Shown here in pieces: positions 19,682-29,573 of a DNA stretch of 64,000 nt. The notes beneath the pieces are model-generated. The model was not told where the DNA came from. It saw only the letters and a list, made by a program, of their open reading frames with translations, and searched no databases. The DNA is from Candidatus Latescibacterota bacterium (GTDB lineage: Bacteria; Latescibacterota; UBA2968; GCA-2709665), in NCBI GenBank assembly GCA_965237675.1, contig OZ250150.1:5504001-5568000 (forward strand), written 5' to 3'. Position numbers and translations under genes: made by a program. Every line of letters starts with the position of its first letter. Position 1 is the first letter of the stretch.

Positions 19682-20069
19682 TCATGTTGAGAGAAAATAT
19701 ACAACAAGGGGTTGTCGAACAAGCATTTTTCCGGCAGGAGCGCCTATTCTGAACATTCGCTGACGAGTTTTGCCCGTTGTTCCGCTGTGCCGTTCCACAA
19801 TCGACCTCGCCGCCAAGGCGGGGATTCCGCTGACGATCACCGCCCCCTCATCCGGGGCGTACGGCGCTTTGTGGACGTGTTGTCAAAACCCCTGGCGAGT
19901 GGAGTGCCTGTGCCGTTACAGAGATTACCCGGGTCGCCGGACAAGAAAAGGGGCGCACACCGTTCAACCCCTCTCCGCACCCGGTTTTTTGTGTCCTATC
20001 GCCCACGGAATTTACGTCCGGAGCAATCGCATGATTAAGACACCGCCACACCTCAAGGAGCCGAACCCA

Positions 20070-21116
20070 ATGAAAAACAACCCGTTGTGCGTGTGCCTGA
20101 TCGGCATCTTTCTCTCCGTCGCGTTCGTATCTCCGGGCCCGTCGTGGGCGACGCCTGAGAGCCAGGCCGCCGCGCCGTTTCTTCTGTTCCAGCCCAGCGC
20201 GCGTTCCGCGGGGATGGGTGAAGCCTATATTGCGATTGCCGACGGCGCCAACGCGACCTATTACAATCCTGCCGCCCTTGCCGACGACATTAGCAGGCAC
20301 ATGAGCACCACGATGTACAAACCCGTTCCATCCCTGGCCAGCGATATATTCACCTCTTTCGGCGCCTACACGCAGCCGGTCGACGGCGTGGGCAACCTGG
20401 GCTTCAGCCTGATCTACACGTCCCTGGGATCCCAGCACCGTACCGACTCCCAGGGGCAGGACCTGGGCAAATTTACGAGCTTCGGCCTGGCCGTGGCGGT
20501 TTCGTACGGCACGTTTGTCGTGAGAGACGTCTCAGTGGGCGCTACCATGAAATTTATACACGAGAAACTGGCCAGTCAGGGCGCGGGCATTGAAAAGGGC
20601 AAAGGTGCCGGCACGTCTTTCGCGGGCGACCTGGGATTCATGTGGAAAGCCACCGATCGGTTCACCCTGGCATGGGTGCTGCGCAACGTGGGGCCGAACA
20701 TTACGTTTATCGATGCGGATCAGGCCGACCCGCTTCCACAGAATTTCACCATTGGCATTGCCAATACGGTGCTCCAGCGCGGGAACTCAACGCTCGTGTT
20801 CGCCGCGGATATCTATAAGCCCTTGGCCGACAAAGGCGTTTTTTCCTTTGTCACCGGCTGGAACGACCGCAACGTCAGCGAGGAACTCCAGGATATCGAC
20901 TACCATACCGGCATCGAATGGAAATACAACCTGTCCGAAGAATCCGCCTTCGCCCTGCGGACGGGATATTTCCACGATCAGGATGGCGACAGGAAAAGCC
21001 CCACCTTCGGTCTGGGCCTCAAATACAACTGGGCGTCGTTCGATCTCTCCTACTTCGCCAGGAGCAACTCCGCCCTCCGGAACGTCTTTCGCTTTACGGG
21101 CGGATTCTCTTTCTAG
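20070..21116 (+). CDS. PorV/PorQ-family outer-membrane beta-barrel protein
   Basis: Signal peptide; AAPFL..PSARSAGMGEAY.A.ADGANATYYNPA, QADPLP, ALRTGYF, terminal F. ATG 20070 has an AAGGAG RBS. Confidence 0.85.
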   Translation: MKNNPLCVCLIGIFLSVAFVSPGPSWATPESQAAAPFLLFQPSARSAGMGEAYIAIADGANATYYNPAALADDISRHMSTTMYKPVPSLASDIFTSFGAYTQPVDGVGNLGFSLIYTSLGSQHRTDSQGQDLGKFTSFGLAVAVSYGTFVVRDVSVGATMKFIHEKLASQGAGIEKGKGAGTSFAGDLGFMWKATDRFTLAWVLRNVGPNITFIDADQADPLPQNFTIGIANTVLQRGNSTLVFAADIYKPLADKGVFSFVTGWNDRNVSEELQDIDYHTGIEWKYNLSEESAFALRTGYFHDQDGDRKSPTFGLGLKYNWASFDLSYFARSNSALRNVFRFTGGFSF

Positions 21117-21188
21117 AACGATGGAACGGCAGGACGGCTTTCCCGTCTGCCGTTTTTCGTTTGACTTCTCAAAGGGTCGAAAACCATC

Positions 21189-24100
21189 GTGTGGTTGCGG
21201 CGGGTTGAACCCATTCGCAGATTGCAAATAGCGCAGAGGAAAACGACATCGACGTTCCTTCTCGCCGTTTGCTTTTTTTGTCTCGTTCTTCCTCCGTTTG
21301 TCGTTCAGGGCGCAGAGGAAACCTGGCGCATCCTTGCGGTTCGGGTCTCCTTTTCCGTGGAAGACCCCGACGACGGGACCACCAGCGGAGACGGCGCCTT
21401 CGATCTCCGGACTTTCGATACGGTCCGCGATGGTTATATCTTCCCGTTCGACGCCCCCCCGCACGACAAATCCTATTTTGAAGCGCACCTTCAGGCCCTG
21501 CGCAACTATTACCGGGAAGTCTCCGGGGGGCGGCTTGAAATCGAATTCGAGGTCTTTCCGGAGGATCCGAACGGCAGCTACGTCATAGACGGACCCCTGA
21601 AGGAATACGGCAACGGGCGCACGCGGACCGAAATCGCCCAGCGCATCACGCAGCTGTTTCGGGACGGCATCGCGGCTGCGGACACGGCCGAGGGTGAGGG
21701 CTTGGACTTTTCCGGTTTCCAGGCCTTCGTCGTCTTTCATGCCGGGCTGGGAGCGGAAGCCGGCGGGCAGGCCATCAACGATATCCCGTCCGCTTTTGTC
21801 TCCGGTAACGACCTCGACCGGTTTGCGAACGGACCCATCGTTGTGGACGACGGCGGGGCGGTCGTCCGTAACGGCATGTTACTTCCCGAAGCCGTCAGTA
21901 CGGATGGACGGGGCGGTCTGAATGGCACCGTCGTTCGTTTCTTCGCGCATCAACTCGGCCTCCCGGGGCTGTCCAATTTTGAAGATGAACTCCCCGCCGT
22001 GGGAGACTGGAGCCCGTTGGATACGGGGGGTCCCGGCGCCTTGGCCTCCGCCGCCCGCCTGAACCTGCAGCCGCTTACCGGAGACCCGGCGGACAGCCTG
22101 CTCATCGGCTTCGTCCCGAGCCGCCTCCTCGCGTGGTCCCGTATCCGCCTCGGATGGCTGGAGCCGAGGGTCGTCACGCATAACGCCACGCTGCGGCTGG
22201 TTGCGCCGCACGTTGTCGGTTCCGACCTGCCCCAGGCCCTGAAAGTCCCACTCAGCGCCACCGAGTACTTTCTCCTGGAAAACCGCATCTCCCGCCTGGG
22301 CGTATACGGGCGGAAGCCGAGGATTGAATTTTCACCAGGGGACCGCGTGTGGCTCTCCGTGGACGATTACGACGCCTTTATTCCAGGTTCCGGCATTCTG
22401 ATCTGGCACGTGGACGACGCCGTCATCCAGGCCAGCGGCGAGGGCGTTGCCATCAACAGCAATCCGCAGTACCTCATCGCCCGGGGGCAATATCGGCGCG
22501 GTATCTCGCTGGAGGAGGCGGACGGCCTGGAAGACATCGGCAACAACGCCGCGGATCGCATCGTGCAGGCCGGCATCATCAGCCTGCAGACGATTGAAGG
22601 CGGACCCCGGGATCCGTTCTACGCGGGCAACGCCACACGCTTCGGGCCGGATACCGTGCCCGGCACAAACAGCAACCTGAACTATCCCACCGGCATCACG
22701 GTCCGGATCCTCAGCCCTCCTGCCGATACCATGGTCGTGTCCATCACGTTCGACTACCACCAGGACGCGTGGCCGGCAACCGGGCTGGCGCACGTCGGTC
22801 TGCAGGCCCCCCGGGCCATCGACCTGAACGGCGACGGCGTCAAGGAAATCCTCCGCAGCGGGGGCGACATCGGCTCCGTCCCGGTCGATCCCCCTCCCGC
22901 GGGTCCGAACGGCCTGCCGCTGTCCCTATCCGGACACCCTGCCGTGCTGGAGCCGGGCGCCGCGTTTCCGTTCCACACCGCTTATACCCCCGCCGTGGGG
23001 GATGTCGATGGAGATGGCGAAGACGATTTCATCTACGCACGCGGCGGAACGCCAGTCCTCTGGCGGCACACGAACGCCGGCGCCCCGCCCGCAGACCCCA
23101 CGCCGGGGCCCGAGGCCGAGATCTCCTGCCCTCCGCTCATCGCACCGTTTCCGGACGACCCCGTGGATATCTGGGGCTGGGCGAACGGCGCCGTCACCTG
23201 GGGAAACCTGCAGGGGGCGAATGAGGGGCTCGCGGACACGGGCGACGGGCCCGTCGTGGGCCTGGCATCCGGTAACGTAGACGGCGACCCTGCCAACGAG
23301 CTGGTTGCCCTCGACGGCACCGGCGGTCTCTTCATCGTGGAAGCAAACGGACAGGTACAACAGTTGGCCGTCCTTTCCAAACCTGTTCTTGGCGGACCCG
23401 TGCTGGGCGACCTGGACCGGGACGGACGGGATGAGATCGTAACGCTGGATGCGGACGGTGTGGTATCCATTTTTTCCAACGGAGAAATGACGGCGCAAAG
23501 TGTGCCTGTCCCGGGGGGCGCCGGATCGGCGCCGGTGCTGGGCGACCTGGACGAAGACGGTTACATCGAGGTGCTCTTCGGCGGCGAGGGGCGCCTGTGG
23601 GTGGTACGCTTCAACGGGGTGCATCAGACGGATACCCCGCTTGCCTTTCCGCTCAAGGACGAAACCGGCCCGATATCCGCGCCGCCCGTCCTGGCCGACA
23701 TCAACCTGGACGGCGACCTGGACATCTTCGCGGCCACACAGGGCGGCCTGGTGTACGGGCTTGGCGCCGATGGCTCCAGCCTTCCGTCGTTTCCTCTTCC
23801 CGTTTCGGGCCCGGTTCACGCCTCGCCCCTGGTTGACGACCTGGACGGCGACGGGACCCTCGAACTGGCCGTCTTTACGGCGGACGGCGCGGCGTATCTC
23901 TGGCACCTGGAAACCTTCGATGCCCACTTTACGGGCAATCGTCTGGTCTGGAGCCAGGCCGGGGGCGGGCCGGGCAACGCGAATCGGCTTCTCCGGCTGC
24001 CCGGCGACCCGCCGTTGGAAACCACCTCGCTGCTTCTGCCCCCGGACCAGATCTACTGCTATCCCAACCCCATACGAGGGACGTCGGCCACGCTTCGGTT

Positions 24101-24317
24101 TTTCCTCGGGAAAAGCGCCCGCATCCAGGTGGCCGTGCTCAACGCGCTGGGAGAAATCGTGGACCGGATGACCATGGAGAATCCGACGCCCCGTACGGAC
24201 AACGAACTCCGCTGGAACACCGGCGACTATGCCAGCGGTTTCTACGTGTGCCGGGTGGAAGCCATCTCGGAAGACCGATCCGAAGTCCGATTCGTCAAAA
24301 CCGCCGTCATCAAATAA
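21189..24317 (+). CDS. M6-like domain + FG-GAP/VCBS repeats + T9SS type A/FlgD-like C-terminal domain
   Basis: VFHAG, EYFLLENR, GILIWHVD; many D-x-D-G-D-G repeats; C-terminal YCYPNP...W...ASGFY...K.AVIK. Confidence 0.85.
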   Translation: MWLRRVEPIRRLQIAQRKTTSTFLLAVCFFCLVLPPFVVQGAEETWRILAVRVSFSVEDPDDGTTSGDGAFDLRTFDTVRDGYIFPFDAPPHDKSYFEAHLQALRNYYREVSGGRLEIEFEVFPEDPNGSYVIDGPLKEYGNGRTRTEIAQRITQLFRDGIAAADTAEGEGLDFSGFQAFVVFHAGLGAEAGGQAINDIPSAFVSGNDLDRFANGPIVVDDGGAVVRNGMLLPEAVSTDGRGGLNGTVVRFFAHQLGLPGLSNFEDELPAVGDWSPLDTGGPGALASAARLNLQPLTGDPADSLLIGFVPSRLLAWSRIRLGWLEPRVVTHNATLRLVAPHVVGSDLPQALKVPLSATEYFLLENRISRLGVYGRKPRIEFSPGDRVWLSVDDYDAFIPGSGILIWHVDDAVIQASGEGVAINSNPQYLIARGQYRRGISLEEADGLEDIGNNAADRIVQAGIISLQTIEGGPRDPFYAGNATRFGPDTVPGTNSNLNYPTGITVRILSPPADTMVVSITFDYHQDAWPATGLAHVGLQAPRAIDLNGDGVKEILRSGGDIGSVPVDPPPAGPNGLPLSLSGHPAVLEPGAAFPFHTAYTPAVGDVDGDGEDDFIYARGGTPVLWRHTNAGAPPADPTPGPEAEISCPPLIAPFPDDPVDIWGWANGAVTWGNLQGANEGLADTGDGPVVGLASGNVDGDPANELVALDGTGGLFIVEANGQVQQLAVLSKPVLGGPVLGDLDRDGRDEIVTLDADGVVSIFSNGEMTAQSVPVPGGAGSAPVLGDLDEDGYIEVLFGGEGRLWVVRFNGVHQTDTPLAFPLKDETGPISAPPVLADINLDGDLDIFAATQGGLVYGLGADGSSLPSFPLPVSGPVHASPLVDDLDGDGTLELAVFTADGAAYLWHLETFDAHFTGNRLVWSQAGGGPGNANRLLRLPGDPPLETTSLLLPPDQIYCYPNPIRGTSATLRFFLGKSARIQVAVLNALGEIVDRMTMENPTPRTDNELRWNTGDYASGFYVCRVEAISEDRSEVRFVKTAVIK

Positions 24318-24324
24318 CCGTCCG

Positions 24325-27300
24325 ATGCTTACGATGGATATCCCGGAAATACTTTGCAGACGGCAGACCTACAAGAACGGCCATGCGCGTGGTTCATCGG
24401 GCATGATCCTCACGATCTGCCTTGCCCTCGCGTTGTCAGCGACGCCGCCCGCCGGCGCCCAGTTCGACGCCAACCATCCCGAACTGCGCTGGGAGGTCCT
24501 GGAGACCGCGCACTTTAAAATTTACTTCCATCAGGGTCTCGGCGACTATGCCAGGCGCGCCGCGGCGGCCGCTGAAACCGTGTACGGCCCCGTCACGGAG
24601 TTCTACAAGTTCACACCGGACGAAAAGATTCGCCTGATTGTCAAGGACACCGACGACTACGCCAACGGCGCGGCCCTCTATTACCACAACACCATGGAAA
24701 TCTGGGCATCCAACCTGGACTTCGAACTGCGCGGCGACACCGACTGGCTCCGGAATGTGATCGCCCACGAATTCACCCACATCATCGCCCTGCAGACCGC
24801 CCGCAAGGGTCCACGGCGTCTACCGGCCGTCTACTTCCACTATCTGGGCTACCAGAACGAAGAGCGGCGGGATGATATTCTTACGGGGTATCCGGACGTC
24901 TTTGCATCTTACGCCATCCCCCTCACCATTGTGCCGCCATGGTTCGCCGAGGGTACCGCCCAGTACATGGCGCCGGGCGTGCGTTTCGACCGCTGGGACT
25001 CCCACCGCGACATGATCCTGCGCATGGCCACGTTGAACAACCGACTGCTCACTTACGATGAAATGGGGGTGTTCGGCTCCAAGACCGGCCTGGGGCTTGA
25101 AAAAGTGTACGACCACGGCTACGCCCTGACCCTGTTTATCGTCAACACCTTCGGCGAGGACAAACTGCCGAGGATCTATCGCAATATGACCACGCTCTGG
25201 CGGACCGACTTTGAATCCGCCATCCACGGCGCGATCGGCATTTCCGGCCGCGAACTCCACCGTCGGTGGGTCACCGCCCTGGAAGAGCGGTACGAAGTCC
25301 GGAAGGCCGAACTTGAAGGACGCCTTGCCGAGGGCGAAATCCTGCACGACAAGGGTTATTTCAACCTCCACCCCCGCTGGTCGCCGGATGGGAAACATCT
25401 GGCTTATCTGTCCAATCAGGGGAACGACTTCGGCCGTACCGCGCTGGTTGTGCAGACCCTTTCCGACAGTACGTCCGAGACACTCGCCGGCGGCGCCAAC
25501 ACGGCGCCGGACTGGTCGCCGAACGGCCCCCGCCTGATTTTTGCGCGCCGAAGCCCACCAGACAGACACGGTTCCCGGTTCTGGGATCTCTACACCGTTG
25601 ACCCGACCGCGCCGCGGGCCGGCGGCCTGTTTCAAAAGACCAGAGCGACGCTCGGTCTGTCTCTGGAATTGCCACCCAACCAGAATCGTCTGACTCGCGG
25701 CCTCCGGGCCAGCCATCCGGCCTATTCGCCCGATGGAAGACAGATCGCATTCGTCGTTAACGGCAGCGGCTCCACCAACCTGGCCGTGATGGACCTCGCC
25801 GGTGGCAACGTTCGCCGGCTCACGTCGTTCGACGATGGCTCACAGGTTTACACGCCGCGCTGGTCGCCCGACGGTTCGCAGATCGCCTGCTCGGTCTTCC
25901 GTCCAACGGATACCAGGCATATCGCCGTTATTCCCGTGGATGGCGGCCGGTTGGCCCCCGTCATCTCCTCCGCCGGCACGGACCGTGATCCGTGCTGGAC
26001 TCCCGATGGGGCGGGTCTGGTTTTTTCCTCGGATCAGGACGGTATCTTCAATCTCTACCATTTAAACCTGATCGACGGGTCCGTGCACCGCATCACCCGC
26101 GTTCTGGGCGGCGCCCTGCAGCCTCACGTCAATCCGAAAGACCATCGTATCGCCTTCTCCCATTACGGCGCGCCTGGTTACGAGATCCGGGTCATTTCCG
26201 GCAAAGGCGCCTGGGAGCCGATGACTTCCGGTATCTTCGAGCCCGACGCCAGGCCCTCTCCCGCCGCCGTGGCGGGCGATGAGGCCGGTCCGAAGGCCCG
26301 GTCCTACGGCAACGAATTCTCAACATGCTCGATCTATCCCCGCATCGCCGTGGACGCGGGAAAGATCAAACTGGGTATCTTCGCCGGTTCCAACGACATT
26401 CTCAACAAGCAGTCCCTCCTTGTGGGAGCCATGGTCGCCCGTGACAGGGACCTGGATCTCTTCGCCATCTACGAATATCGGCGGTGGCGTCCCACGGTCT
26501 TCCTGGAAGCCTATCGAGCCGTCCGTCATGAAGAAGGCGACGTACTCAACCGGGACGAAAACTTCCGCATCTTCAGCCAGACATTCACACTTTCAGGCGC
26601 TGAACTTGGCGCCAGGCGCAGGTTCGGCACCGGCAGCCGCCTGGACGCCCGTTTCATCTACAACCTGTCGTCCACAGGCCAGGACGTGGCCCGTTTCAAC
26701 GGCATGGATCAAGTCAGCGTGGGCGCCACCACCCTTCATGGCTTCAATTTTGCATTCACGTATTCTCTGCGCAACATCAGCCGGACAAGAGACAGGGAGA
26801 TCAATCCGCGGGCCGGCCGGGAGATGATGTTCCGCTACGACCGGCAATTCAACTTCTTCATCAGCGGGTTTAAAGAGAACACGTCCCTCCTGATCGAAAC
26901 GTTCGACCGCTACTTTTACAACCGGTTTACGCTGAGCTGGAACGAATACCTGCCGGTGGGTCCCGGTCGCGGCACGCTGGGGCTGCGCTTCTACGGCGGG
27001 CTGATCGACAGAGAAGTGGACGACTACTTCGATTACTTCCTCGGCGGCTTGCCGTATATGAAGGGTTATACGTTTTATAGCCTGGAAGGGCGCAGGGCCG
27101 CCATGTTCCGAGCCGCGTACCGCTTCCCGATCCGGACCGGGATGGATCGTCAGACCGGCCCCATCTACTCCGACCAGCTCTTCGGATCCATCTTCGCCGG
27201 CATCGGTCGCGCCTGGGACGGCGACGGCATGGACAACGCCCTCAACCGCGGCTGGAAGCGGGATGTCGGTGTCCAGATCCGCTACGACGCCACTTCCTTT

Positions 27301-27450
27301 TACACGTTTCCTACACGCGCCAGCCTCGACTTCGCATACGGCATTGATACGTTACCAAGGGTTGTCCCAGGCGAGCAATTGGAAAGAAGCGGTCTCAAAA
27401 TCTACTTCGCCCTGCTCTTCGGCTACCTTCAAAGCGTCGGAGGAAGATAG
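24325..27450 (+). CDS. Gluzincin (peptidase MA-like) + PD40/TolB propeller + outer-membrane barrel protein; start uncertain
   Basis: AHEFTH...WFAEG, WSPDG repeats, C-terminal amphipathic beta strands. Confidence 0.85.
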   Translation: MLTMDIPEILCRRQTYKNGHARGSSGMILTICLALALSATPPAGAQFDANHPELRWEVLETAHFKIYFHQGLGDYARRAAAAAETVYGPVTEFYKFTPDEKIRLIVKDTDDYANGAALYYHNTMEIWASNLDFELRGDTDWLRNVIAHEFTHIIALQTARKGPRRLPAVYFHYLGYQNEERRDDILTGYPDVFASYAIPLTIVPPWFAEGTAQYMAPGVRFDRWDSHRDMILRMATLNNRLLTYDEMGVFGSKTGLGLEKVYDHGYALTLFIVNTFGEDKLPRIYRNMTTLWRTDFESAIHGAIGISGRELHRRWVTALEERYEVRKAELEGRLAEGEILHDKGYFNLHPRWSPDGKHLAYLSNQGNDFGRTALVVQTLSDSTSETLAGGANTAPDWSPNGPRLIFARRSPPDRHGSRFWDLYTVDPTAPRAGGLFQKTRATLGLSLELPPNQNRLTRGLRASHPAYSPDGRQIAFVVNGSGSTNLAVMDLAGGNVRRLTSFDDGSQVYTPRWSPDGSQIACSVFRPTDTRHIAVIPVDGGRLAPVISSAGTDRDPCWTPDGAGLVFSSDQDGIFNLYHLNLIDGSVHRITRVLGGALQPHVNPKDHRIAFSHYGAPGYEIRVISGKGAWEPMTSGIFEPDARPSPAAVAGDEAGPKARSYGNEFSTCSIYPRIAVDAGKIKLGIFAGSNDILNKQSLLVGAMVARDRDLDLFAIYEYRRWRPTVFLEAYRAVRHEEGDVLNRDENFRIFSQTFTLSGAELGARRRFGTGSRLDARFIYNLSSTGQDVARFNGMDQVSVGATTLHGFNFAFTYSLRNISRTRDREINPRAGREMMFRYDRQFNFFISGFKENTSLLIETFDRYFYNRFTLSWNEYLPVGPGRGTLGLRFYGGLIDREVDDYFDYFLGGLPYMKGYTFYSLEGRRAAMFRAAYRFPIRTGMDRQTGPIYSDQLFGSIFAGIGRAWDGDGMDNALNRGWKRDVGVQIRYDATSFYTFPTRASLDFAYGIDTLPRVVPGEQLERSGLKIYFALLFGYLQSVGGR

Positions 27451-27460
27451 ACGAAAAGCG

Positions 27461-28077
27461 GGGAGACGGGAGAGGGAAGACGTGAGAAGACGTCCGTGCC
27501 CGATTGGTTCTTCCTTTATGCCCTTGGCAAGAAATGAAACCGCACGGGGCAGACAATCTCTCCCCTCTAACGTCTACGTCTAACTTCGGTAAGACGTGAG
27601 TCGGGAGACGGGAGAGGGAAGACGTGAGAAGACGTCCGTGCCCGATTGGTTCTTCCTTTATGCCCTTGGCAAGAAATGAAACCGCACGGGGCAGACAATC
27701 TCTCCCCTCTAACGTCTACGTCTAACTTCGGTAAGACGTGAGTCGGGAGACGGGAGAGGAATACCTTAACGCCTGATGCGGCGCCACGTCAAAAAGGGAT
27801 AGATCCAATACACAATGATGAATCTTGCCGACCATATCCCTGATATTGACAAAACGCGTACCCACATAAACCGTGCCAGTTTCTTTGCCGCTATCGTAAC
27901 GATCAGAAAAACCATACGGCACTCATATCTTCTCCCGTCTAACGTCTAACGTCTTACCTCGGAATGAGATTGACATAACAGCGTTTCCACGTAATCCGTG
28001 CCGATTCTTCAGGCATTGGTTACGGCAAATCCAGGCACTCATATCCTCTCCCCTCTTCCGTCTCACGTCTTCCCGTT
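27461..28077. repeat. Intergenic repeat cluster: 142-bp tandem duplication with heptamer inverted arms
   Basis: Units 27461-27602 and 27603-27744 are identical and a third starts at 27745; AGACGTG/AGACGGG versus CTAACGT/CTCACGT arms. Confidence 0.9.
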
Positions 28078-28098
28078 TCTTTCAAACAGGAGTTCGCC

Positions 28099-28830
28099 GT
28101 GCGCCGCCTCTTTCCCATGCTGATCCTTTTGGCCGCCCTCCCGGTCCATGCCGCGGACATGCGCGACCCCGGTCCCTCTCGTGCGAATCGATGGCTTCAG
28201 GATGACGAACCGCTCCGACCCAGCGGCAAATCGCCCAAACTGGCCTTCGCGATGTCTCTCGTGATTCCCGGGCTGGGTGAACTCTACGCGGGCGAGCCGA
28301 AACGGGCGGCAGTTTTCCTGGGCATCGAAGCGTTCACGTGGTTAAACTACTTCCGATGGCGGAGCAAGGGCAACGACCTCAAGGCGGAATTTCGCGCCTT
28401 TGCGGACCGGAATTGGGACGAGATCCGATATCGCGCGTGGCACGAATACAACAGGTCCAAGGGCTCGCCTTATATTGAAACCGAAACCCTGCCCTGCAAA
28501 CAGAACCGGGCCGAATGCGCAACCGTGGACGCCCAGCAATACTACGAGATGATCGGTAAGTACGACCAGTTTGTGTTCGGCTGGAGCGACGTCCGCGACG
28601 AGGGCTTTGAAACCGGAAACGGCGATGTGACCTCCAACCTGCGAATCGATTACGAGAACCAGCGCAACGAAAGCAACAAACTGCTCAAACGCGCCTCGGT
28701 CATTGTTGGCCTGACGGTCGTCAACCGCATTGCGAGTTCCATCCATGCCGCGTCACGGGCACGGTCCGTGCGAATCTCCGTATCGCCCGGCCCCGAACGG
28801 ACCGACGTGGCGATCCACCTCCCGTTCTGA
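28099..28830 (+). CDS. Conserved hypothetical membrane/secreted protein (DUF5683-like)
   Basis: KSPKLAFAMSLVIPGLGELYAG...QQYYEMIGKYDQFVFGW; GGAG RBS. Confidence 0.75.
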   Translation: MRRLFPMLILLAALPVHAADMRDPGPSRANRWLQDDEPLRPSGKSPKLAFAMSLVIPGLGELYAGEPKRAAVFLGIEAFTWLNYFRWRSKGNDLKAEFRAFADRNWDEIRYRAWHEYNRSKGSPYIETETLPCKQNRAECATVDAQQYYEMIGKYDQFVFGWSDVRDEGFETGNGDVTSNLRIDYENQRNESNKLLKRASVIVGLTVVNRIASSIHAASRARSVRISVSPGPERTDVAIHLPF

Positions 28831-28864
28831 TCGCCAGGTCAACGCGTTTTCCAAGAAAACTTGC

Positions 28865-29512
28865 ATGGCAAACCCATTCTCAAGATCCTTTGTCTTTCGC
28901 GCGGTCATTTCGTTCGTCCTGATCGGCGGGCCGTCCGCCGGATACGCGAAGGGTAAGTCCCCCGCCAAAGCCGCGGTGCTATCGCTCGTTCTTCCCGGTC
29001 TGGGCGAGTTCTACGCCGGCGGCCACCGATCCGCCCGCTTCTTTGTGGTCACGGAAGGGGTCTTCTGGACCGGCATGGCCACCTTCCGGGTCCTGGAATC
29101 CTACCGCGTCGACGCGTATCGCGCCCACGCTTCCGCCCATGCCGGCATTCGTCTGGAGATCCTGCCCGAGTCCTTCATCAAGGAAGTGGGAACCTACGAC
29201 AGCATTTACGAGCGAAACCTCCGCGAACGTTTCCTTGCCGGCGAACACGCGAATTTGCGGCCCCAGACCCGGGATCGGATCTGGGAGTGGGATGCCGAAA
29301 CCTCCCGCATCAAGTTTCAGGAACTGCGCAGCAAGGCCACTTCCGCGGAGCAGAAAGCCTTCCTCTTTGTCGGCGGCCTGATATTCAACCGCTTCGCCAG
29401 TGCGCTCAACGCCGCGTCCATTGCGCGCAAGACCCGCCCGCGGGCAAGCGGCGTGAAGCTTCGCGTGGATCCCCGTGGCGGCCTATATGCAAGTCTCAGA
29501 CACGGCTTCTGA
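28865..29512 (+). CDS. Paralogous hypothetical protein (DUF5683-like)
   Basis: KSPAKAAVLSLVLPGLGEFYAG...WEWD...NRFASALNA. Confidence 0.75.
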   Translation: MANPFSRSFVFRAVISFVLIGGPSAGYAKGKSPAKAAVLSLVLPGLGEFYAGGHRSARFFVVTEGVFWTGMATFRVLESYRVDAYRAHASAHAGIRLEILPESFIKEVGTYDSIYERNLRERFLAGEHANLRPQTRDRIWEWDAETSRIKFQELRSKATSAEQKAFLFVGGLIFNRFASALNAASIARKTRPRASGVKLRVDPRGGLYASLRHGF

Positions 29513-29573
29513 TTCCCATCCCTCGCAGAGTGCCCGCGCAATCCGGCCGCAGCCGTGAAAGGGCAGAAACGAC

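Noticed and set aside
22800-23870. D-x-D-G-D-G motifs of the 1042-aa protein as dockerins
   Set aside because: They recur many times in beta-strand context (FG-GAP/VCBS) and lack the F-x-D-F helix pair.
27461-27760. 142-bp repeats as a CRISPR array
   Set aside because: The whole unit, including the would-be spacer, is duplicated. Unit size and irregularity do not fit.
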